Origin: a virus
Direction: 5' to 3' (one strand)
UHGV virus genome: UHGV-1368916
DNA: 49,837 nt
Positions 44,557 through 49,837 of the stretch are shown here, piece after piece. Position 1 is the stretch's first letter. Each line of letters begins with the position of its first letter. Under the pieces are notes generated by a model. The model worked only from the letters and a program-made list of their open reading frames with translations. It made no database searches and was not told the DNA's origin. Made by a program: the position numbers and the translations under genes.

Positions 44557-45226
44557 AACGACTTTCCTGCAAATTCCCGTAGCTGTTAACAGCGGCATCG
44601 CGTCAACTTATTCCGAGCGCGACGATAAAACCTGTCGCTGGGACCCATCACATTATTTTGACTGGCGAGTATCTACCGTAGCAGACCGAGCTGGGGATAT
44701 GGCCATCTCGTTAGGTTCCGCTATTTCGGAATCCACGCTGAACGGCATTAAGACGATGAAAAGCGCGCTGACTGCAAACGGTGGCGTCACATCTGAAAAT
44801 GTCTACCCCGCTACAGCGGCAAACGGCTATTGCTACGCCTTCGCTTTCAAGCGAGATAACACCACACAAGCTACCTTTTTAATCGCGGGGCCCCATCTGC
44901 GGTTACAGGCACAGACAGATAACAAGCTCTACTATTACAAAACAGGGTCATCAACCCAGCAGGGAGGGGTGGCCTTATCCACAGGCATTGACCTCGTGAT
45001 CGTGAACTACGACCCGGTAACTGACACTGAGACGGTGTATGTCAATGACGCGACCATGACCGTAACCGGGGCATCCGCAATCACGTATCAAAACTACCCC
45101 ATGAACCTGGCGGCGACTGCCGCGAATAACGTAAACTACGGAGAAATTCTCATCTTTGATGCAGTGAAGTCAGTATCTGATATTGCTGCGATTAAAGCGT
45201 ACTACAGAGAACAATACGGCAACTGA
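44549..45226 (+). CDS. Hypothetical 225-aa protein downstream of the tail fibre
   Basis: An overlapping start (ATGGCTAA) couples it to the fibre gene. Confidence 0.45.
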   Translation: MAKTTFLQIPVAVNSGIASTYSERDDKTCRWDPSHYFDWRVSTVADRAGDMAISLGSAISESTLNGIKTMKSALTANGGVTSENVYPATAANGYCYAFAFKRDNTTQATFLIAGPHLRLQAQTDNKLYYYKTGSSTQQGGVALSTGIDLVIVNYDPVTDTETVYVNDATMTVTGASAITYQNYPMNLAATAANNVNYGEILIFDAVKSVSDIAAIKAYYREQYGN

Positions 45227-45297
45227 TTGTCAACCGCTTGACCTTCCATTCTAATAAAACTACTGTATATAACAACAGTATTTATCGGAGTGAAGAC

Positions 45298-45537
45298 ATG
45301 CATCGACAGTCAGACATCAATCAGGCATTCCGCGAGTCGGTATTGCGCAACTCCAAAGGTTTTCAGTACCTGCACACAAAGGATTTTGTGTCAGCGCTGC
45401 GCCGGCGTGGGCTGCACTTTACCGACTCAGAGGCTAATGCGTGGATATCTAGAGAGCAGACGTACTTTGTCGACAAAACCACCTACCATAGCGAAAACCG
45501 TTTGTGGATGATGGCCAACATGGGGAGGGTGATCTAA
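45298..45537 (+). CDS. Hypothetical 79-aa protein
   Basis: The RBS GGAGTGAAGAC precedes the ATG at 45298. Confidence 0.4.
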   Translation: MHRQSDINQAFRESVLRNSKGFQYLHTKDFVSALRRRGLHFTDSEANAWISREQTYFVDKTTYHSENRLWMMANMGRVI

Positions 45538-45854
45538 TGGGATTCCCTTCACCCGCGACGGACTACGTAGAACAGCGCCTGTCCGTTAACACGATCTGCA
45601 ATGTCGGGCCTAACACCCTCCTGTTCGAGCGTTCTGGCGGTTACGTTGTACTGGATATCTCCCTGAAGCCAAAGCAGGGTAGCCAACTGCTTATACAGCA
45701 CGGCGGCGGGACGGAGCTTGCCAAGCTGAGAGGAAGGTCACTGATTACCGAAGATGGCGAAGCGATCGAGGGTGAAGCCCTGGGCGATGTTACTGTCATC
45801 GGCGTCGTGACGTTTACTATCTGCGATGTGCGCCAGGACAATGCGGTTGTTTAG
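45538..45854 (+). CDS. UmuD-prime-like protein (S24 family). It is encoded starting exactly at the UmuD self-cleavage site.
   Basis: MGFPSPATDYVEQRLSVNTICNV aligns with UmuD C24-G25 FPSPAADYVEQRIDLNQLL. LLIQHGGGTELAKL carries the Lys. VIGVVTFTI matches VFGVVIHVV. The strong RBS GGGGAGGGTGA sits 8 nt upstream of the ATG at 45538. The position aligned to the GDSM serine reads SGGYVV. Confidence 0.55.
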
Positions 45855-45857
45855 TTG

Positions 45858-45959
45858 CCGTAGATGAGTTGAAGAGTTCGTGGTTGCTGTGTCGTAGATG
45901 TGGCGTGACAGGGATGCACGATAAAGACAGGGATGTATTCAAACGACACGAAACGACAC
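45858..45959. repeat. Short direct repeats in the attP arm (CGTAGATG x2, GACAGGGATG x2, AAACGACAC x2). They are candidate integrase arm-type sites.
   Basis: Seen directly between the last b-region gene and the attP core. Confidence 0.35.
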
Positions 45960-46017
45960 AAAACCGGATGCGAACGCGGAAAACATGTGTGATTACAGTG
46001 TGTTATTTAACGCTCTA

Positions 46018-46066
46018 CTTTCTTCTAAGCCGTAGGTCACAGGTTCGAATCCTGTAGGGCGTGCCA
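46018..46066 (+). other. attP core: the 3-prime ~49 nt of a tRNA-Arg(UCU) gene (anticodon loop CTTCTAA through the T arm, acceptor and CCA)
   Basis: TTCTTCTAAGCCGTAGGTCACAGGTTCGAATCCTGTAGGGCGTGCCA has a T arm ACAGG-TTCGAAT-CCTGT and an acceptor strand AGGGCGT-G-CCA. No matching 5-prime half lies upstream. It ends 16 nt before the int stop. Confidence 0.6.
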
Positions 46067-46081
46067 TTAAGAAACAGTAAC

Positions 46082-47245
46082 TTACGCCAGTTTTAAACCA
46101 GCCTGATTTCCTCCTTGTGTCGTATTTGTGTCGCTAGCGCCAAAAATGGCGTCAATTTTCCGTGCGTGTTCGGTCAAATGGTTCGGCGCCAGGTGAGCAT
46201 AACGACGTACCATCTCGATGCTCTCCCATCCTCCCATTTCCTGTAAAACAGAAAGCGGGACGCCGGACTGAATCAGCCAGCTCGCCCAGGTGTGCCGGAG
46301 GTCGTGAAAACGGAAATCCTCGATCCCCGCTTTTTTCAGACCGGCGCGCCAGGCGTTATTGTCATCCACCCGCATTTTTCTCACCGCGGGCGTCAGCGTT
46401 CCATCCGGGCGATGTCTTGCGGTGGTGTGAACGAACACCCACCGGGAGTGCTTCCCTATCTGATCCCTTAATACCCTGCATGCGGTATCATTCAGAGCTA
46501 CGCCAATCGCCTTGCCCGCTTTTGCGTTCTCCGGATTTACCCATGCAACCTTTCTCTGCATATCGACCTGTTGCCACTCAAGCCCGATGATGTTTGAGCG
46601 GCGCAGGCCGGTCGCCAGTGCAAATATCACCACTGGCTTAATGCTCTCCGGCATGCACTCGATCAACCGCTCAGCTTCTTCTCTGGTCAGCCACCGTATC
46701 CGCTTACTGATCGGCTTGCGGGTTTTGATAACAGGGGCTGTTTTTATCCAGCCCCAGTCATTCGCCGCGGCCCTGAGAAGGGATCGAATGAAGGAAAGGT
46801 GTTGCGCCTTCGTCGCCTGAGAAACCTGCCGTGGTTTGTATTCAGGAACCGGCTTACCTTTCCTCAGCGCGGCATCGCGTTTACTCTCCCACACCTGCAG
46901 ATGCTTACGGTTGATCATCCCGTTAACAGCTTCGTGAACCTCCTCCGCCTTTATCTTCGAGACATCACGACCGGAAAAATGCCGCAACCAAAACTCAATT
47001 TTGGTTTTGTCATCATCCAGCGATCGCTTATGGTCTTTCTCCCGCAACCACCGGATACAGCATTCTTCAAAGGTTCTGACGGGAAGGTCGCCGATCTGGT
47101 CAACCCGCCACGCTTCCGCCTTCAGTTTGTCGTGGAGCTCCTGAGCCTGCTTTTTGTCCCCCGTGCCAAGAGATCGCCTAACTCTTTCTCCTGACGGCGT
47201 AAAGAAATGACAGTGCCACACGCCGCCCCTGAGGGTGATTGACAT
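46082..47245 (-). CDS. int: Tyrosine integrase (phage integrase family)
   Basis: The catalytic residues are R ([15 protein letters not shown]), HDLRHTWAS and RRYAHL (Tyr nucleophile). The N-terminus has a SAM-like arm-binding region. Confidence 0.9.
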   Translation of the reverse strand: MSITLRGGVWHCHFFTPSGERVRRSLGTGDKKQAQELHDKLKAEAWRVDQIGDLPVRTFEECCIRWLREKDHKRSLDDDKTKIEFWLRHFSGRDVSKIKAEEVHEAVNGMINRKHLQVWESKRDAALRKGKPVPEYKPRQVSQATKAQHLSFIRSLLRAAANDWGWIKTAPVIKTRKPISKRIRWLTREEAERLIECMPESIKPVVIFALATGLRRSNIIGLEWQQVDMQRKVAWVNPENAKAGKAIGVALNDTACRVLRDQIGKHSRWVFVHTTARHRPDGTLTPAVRKMRVDDNNAWRAGLKKAGIEDFRFHDLRHTWASWLIQSGVPLSVLQEMGGWESIEMVRRYAHLAPNHLTEHARKIDAIFGASDTNTTQGGNQAGLKLA

Positions 47246-47457
47246 AAAACTTCTCCTTTATGTTCACCCGCGTTCGCGATGACAGGATCGCGCGGGGTTT
47301 TCAAATATGCAATACACGCAGCCTCGGTCGTTCTGTACTTATTGCCGACCTTGCGGCCGGCGAGCTCCCCAGACTCAATCAGGCGGTAGATCACCCGCGC
47401 AGACACGATGAGCAAATCGGCGGCCTGCTGTGCTGTTATCGGTTTGTCAGATGCCAT
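47122..47457 (-). CDS. xis: Excisionase / AlpA-type HTH DNA-binding protein
   Basis: [38 protein letters not shown] is an Xis/MerR-type winged HTH. The RBS GGAGGTGAT precedes it. Its 3-prime end overlaps the int start. Confidence 0.6.
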   Translation of the reverse strand: MASDKPITAQQAADLLIVSARVIYRLIESGELAGRKVGNKYRTTEAACIAYLKTPRDPVIANAGEHKGEVLCQSPSGAACGTVISLRRQEKELGDLLARGTKSRLRSSTTN

Positions 47458-47458
47458 A

Positions 47459-47677
47459 TCACCTCCGATGCTTACCGCGTAATTCCTCTTCTTCTTGGCA
47501 ATCAGCGCAGCGCTGACAGCCCGCCACAAGTTCCCGGCGCCGCTCGGGTATCTCTTCCCCGCAGTCGCGGCAGTGAGTAGCCGAAACTGCGTTATGGTTG
47601 ATGCGGCATTTCGCAATTGCGGCTTCCCGCTGGAGTTCTTCCAGCTCGTTGGCCTGATCGATGATTTCTGCGCTCAT
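47459..47677 (-). CDS. TraR/DksA-family C4 zinc-finger protein (72 aa)
   Basis: The sequence CRDCGEEIPERRRELVAGCQRCADCQ carries the Cys quartet. ATGA overlaps couple it to the upstream gene. Confidence 0.6.
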   Translation of the reverse strand: MSAEIIDQANELEELQREAAIAKCRINHNAVSATHCRDCGEEIPERRRELVAGCQRCADCQEEEELRGKHRR

Positions 47678-48156
47678 GCTGTAGTCCCCTTCACGAAAAT
47701 TACCCAGTGCGTTTTGTCCGCTTTCCCTGTTCGTTGCCAGATGGCTGGCTTCTCGTCGGTCAGCGCCAGTATCTGGCTCACCGGTATCTGGGTTTCGTTC
47801 CATTTGAAGATGAGTACGCCGTGTGGCCGCAGTACTCTGAACGCTTCTTTGAAACCCGCACGCAGGTCATCGTGCCAGGTGTCTTTGTTCAGGCGACCGT
47901 ATTTCTTACCCATCCAGGCGTTTTCGCCCACTCGCTCAAGATGAGGTGGATCGAATACCACCACCGGGAAAGAGGAGTCAGCGAACGGCAGCGCGCGGAA
48001 GTCGGCGATAATGTCCGGGCTGATAACCAGGCTGCGCCCGTCGCATAGTTTGTGCTGCTCAGCACGGATATCACTGAATACAGCGCGCTCATCCTGTTTA
48101 TCGAACCAGAACATGCGGGAGCCACAGCACATGTCGAGGATGGTTTGTTCGCTCAT
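47674..48156 (-). CDS. Small DNA methyltransferase-like protein (DPPH motif)
   Basis: The N-terminus MSEQTILDMCCGSRMFWFDK is SAM-binding-like. PVVVFDPPHLE has a DPPY-type motif IV. Confidence 0.5.
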   Translation of the reverse strand: MSEQTILDMCCGSRMFWFDKQDERAVFSDIRAEQHKLCDGRSLVISPDIIADFRALPFADSSFPVVVFDPPHLERVGENAWMGKKYGRLNKDTWHDDLRAGFKEAFRVLRPHGVLIFKWNETQIPVSQILALTDEKPAIWQRTGKADKTHWVIFVKGTTA

Positions 48157-48638
48157 GCTGCACCGCCCTTTATCCGGGAAATAACTTCTTTGGCGACCTC
48201 TAACCGGCCCCATGTAGAGTTAGGCTTATCTGGTTGTGGGTAGGTATGTTTGCTAACGATATCGGTCATCTCTTCGAGCGCTGCCAGCAACTCGTCGCGC
48301 TGCCCGGCGACTTTCGCATGCTCAAGCGCAGCGTTTTCCAGCTGGGCCTTGTGCTTCTTGTGAGCCTCATAGGCGTGCCAGGACTGGCCTTTGCGCACGC
48401 TTTCGGTGATATCGTTCACCTGCTCAGGCGTCAGCGTGGTCAACGGCTGGGCTGGGTAGATCATCACCTGCCCGGCGTCCCAGTCAAAGCCAGGATGAAT
48501 AGCCTCGACAGCAACGTATGGCGATGCACCAATGCTGCCTGGCGAGTGGATGGAGATGGTAATCTCAGAGTCGCGCCGCTGCGTTGTTGAGCTGGACCAG
48601 ATACGGGTTACCAGCTCAGTGAATTTGGAGAATCTCAT
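48153..48638 (-). CDS. Hypothetical early protein (161 aa)
   Basis: It is ATGA-coupled to both neighbours. Confidence 0.45.
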   Translation of the reverse strand: MRFSKFTELVTRIWSSSTTQRRDSEITISIHSPGSIGASPYVAVEAIHPGFDWDAGQVMIYPAQPLTTLTPEQVNDITESVRKGQSWHAYEAHKKHKAQLENAALEHAKVAGQRDELLAALEEMTDIVSKHTYPQPDKPNSTWGRLEVAKEVISRIKGGAA

Positions 48639-48835
48639 GCTGCACCTCCTTGGCCGCAGACTAAAAATGAGCAGTCTTTCTTGTGCTCGTTACAAGACCA
48701 GACCACTTCGTCATCACCACGGAAAACATTTACTTCCACCGTGGTTTTAAACTTCGCAACTGCACCGCACTTGCATTTGGCAGAGGTGTTTTTGCTTTTG
48801 GCGGCAACACTGCCGACTCTTGGGTATTTGCTCAT
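48635..48835 (-). CDS. Small Cys-rich protein (66 aa)
   Basis: The product is MSKYPRVGSVAAKSKNTSAKCKCGAVAKF...WSCNEHKKDC. The start was chosen at the ATGA overlap with the upstream gene. The longer ORF-track start at 48958 overlaps that gene. Confidence 0.35.
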   Translation of the reverse strand: MSKYPRVGSVAAKSKNTSAKCKCGAVAKFKTTVEVNVFRGDDEVVWSCNEHKKDCSFLVCGQGGAA

Positions 48836-49053
48836 GATTCCACTCCGTAGCGGCCGCTCAGCCGCCCAATAACACTGACAAATTTCACCAGACTGACACC
48901 CATCGGCCGGACCTTCTCGTAGTGCTTGCGAAGGATGGGGGGGCATACAGCGTTCCACTTCGGTTTAGGCTTTACGCTCATCGCTTTGGTTATCTCTTCT
49001 GCGCAGCGACGAGCCTGGGCGCGGAGAGCGTTTTCCTTTTCTTCTGGCGTCAT
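48832..49053 (-). CDS. Hypothetical 73-aa protein
   Basis: It is ATGA-coupled to its neighbours. Confidence 0.4.
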   Translation of the reverse strand: MTPEEKENALRAQARRCAEEITKAMSVKPKPKWNAVCPPILRKHYEKVRPMGVSLVKFVSVIGRLSGRYGVES

Positions 49054-49577
49054 GCTGCCTCCAGACTCCCGATCCGCTTTAACTCAGCCAGCGATACAGT
49101 CGTGATGATGTGTCGCGTGGTGATGTACGGGCGCCAGATAAACAGGAGCGAGCCTTTGGGGTTGCTCTTGCGCTTTCCTGTAACGGATGCCGGAACAAAC
49201 TGAACGCGACCTCCGGTTATGAGTCTGAGTTCATCAGCTGATTGTCTGGCTGAAATAAACCAGCCGGTAGAGATGTCAGCAGGTAACAGCATCACTACGG
49301 CCTGAGACTGCTGCCGGGATTGCTCGGCTGCCTTTTCCACCCACGGCCCAATATCGGAATAGGGTGGGTTACACCAGATAGCCCCATATGACGTCCATTC
49401 GCTGTTCAGCGAGTCATCCAGCTCAGTGAGATAGTGAGCGCATAGCGCGTTACTCTCAGAGGCTGCAGCATCCAGCCAGAAGCCAAACTCGCGGTCGAGC
49501 GCGTTGAAAATTTCAATCGGTGTTTGCCAGTAGTCACGTTCATTTTTTGGAGTTTTCGATCCGCCATAATCAGTCAT
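49050..49577 (-). CDS. Phage Dam-type DNA N6-adenine methyltransferase
   Basis: The motifs DYWQTP and WCNPPYS (NPPY motif IV) are present. The protein is 175 aa. Confidence 0.8.
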   Translation of the reverse strand: MTDYGGSKTPKNERDYWQTPIEIFNALDREFGFWLDAAASESNALCAHYLTELDDSLNSEWTSYGAIWCNPPYSDIGPWVEKAAEQSRQQSQAVVMLLPADISTGWFISARQSADELRLITGGRVQFVPASVTGKRKSNPKGSLLFIWRPYITTRHIITTVSLAELKRIGSLEAA

Positions 49578-49732
49578 TGCGTACCTCTTTTCGTGTCCAG
49601 CTCTTCGGCCAGTCTTTGAGCCTTTAACGGGTTTCTTACCACTTCACCAGATGGCATTAGCCAGCCACGATGAAGGACGGAGTACATACACTTCACTTTT
49701 CCTACGGTTATGGCGTCGCGGTAATGTTTCAT
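49574..49732 (-). CDS. Small protein (52 aa) between exo and dam
   Basis: The RBS GGGGAG precedes it. The ATG overlaps the exo stop (ATGA). The stop overlaps the dam start. Confidence 0.35.
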   Translation of the reverse strand: MKHYRDAITVGKVKCMYSVLHRGWLMPSGEVVRNPLKAQRLAEELDTKRGTQ

Positions 49733-49837
49733 TTCCACTGCTCCCCGAAGGTGAAACCGATCTCCGACAGCGATTCATCCATCTTGCTGATGAACTCCGG
49801 CACCATTTCGTTGAAGTCGGACATGTATTTGTCGTCG
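49729..49837 (-). CDS. exo: Lambda Exo-type exonuclease, C-terminal segment (continues from 1..572 across the circular junction)
   Basis: The reverse translation [35 protein letters not shown] matches the lambda Exo C-terminus ([35 protein letters not shown]). It is in frame with the N-terminal segment when the window end is joined to the window start (681 nt, 226 codons, the same length as lambda Exo). Confidence 0.85.
   Translation of the reverse strand, partial: DDKYMSDFNEMVPEFISKMDESLSEIGFTFGEQWK

Noticed and set aside
45869-46057. 62-aa plus-strand ORF in the attP arm
   Set aside because: It lies over the arm-site repeats and the tRNA-Arg fragment and has no RBS. It is most likely non-coding.

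Overview
The window reads as a complete, circularly closed genome (49,837 bp) of a lambda-like temperate siphovirus from an enterobacterial host, linearised inside the exo gene. The last bases (minus strand) encode the Exo C-terminus, [35 protein letters not shown]. The first bases encode the Exo N-terminal two-thirds. The two segments are in frame across the junction (VVER|DDKY). Gene order is lambda-like. In plus-strand coordinate order, the minus-strand early-left block lies at 1-5321: exo, bet, gam, a Glu/Ala/Arg-rich coiled-coil protein, three short translationally coupled peptide genes (two of them predicted single-TM), a candidate OL operator cluster, a 306-aa unknown protein in the rexAB position and the cI (S24) repressor. 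The plus-strand early-right block follows at 5322-15100: OR, cro, cII, the lambda O homologue with origin iterons in its linker, a DnaC/IstB-like helicase loader, and a nin-like region (TGT-fold DpdA-like protein, ASCH/DUF3850 and DUF551 proteins, Ser/Thr phosphatase, NinG), then a candidate Q antiterminator and a tRNA cluster (Asn, Phe and a degenerate Thr-like). Next come an AT-rich AP2-domain protein in the Stx-equivalent late slot, the lysis cassette (holin, T4-type lysozyme, overlapping Rz/Rz1 spanins), an HExxH protein, TerS/TerL, portal, a Mu-F/SPP1-gp7-like protein, an AT-rich gene inserted in the head module, protease/scaffold, the major capsid protein, head-tail connectors and an Ig-domain major tail protein. 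An accessory island then sits inside the tail module: a Rha protein, a split DUF2335 gene, unknown divergent cassettes, an IS903 copy with 9-bp target duplications, and a P22 immI-like mnt/arc/ant module. After it come the tape measure protein, the tail tip (DUF1833-like, NlpC/P60, J-like), a tail fibre with a C-terminal SGNH/GDSL esterase domain, and a b-region that includes a born-cleaved UmuD-prime-like protein. The 3-prime ~49 nt of a tRNA-Arg(UCU) form the attP core next to the tyrosine integrase. Downstream of int on the minus strand, a chain of translationally coupled early-left genes (xis, TraR-type Zn finger, two methyltransferases, small proteins) runs to the window end and closes the circle. 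No N-like antiterminator, Shiga toxin or CRISPR array is recognisable. All protein-family calls rest on motif-level reading of the supplied translations, with no database search.
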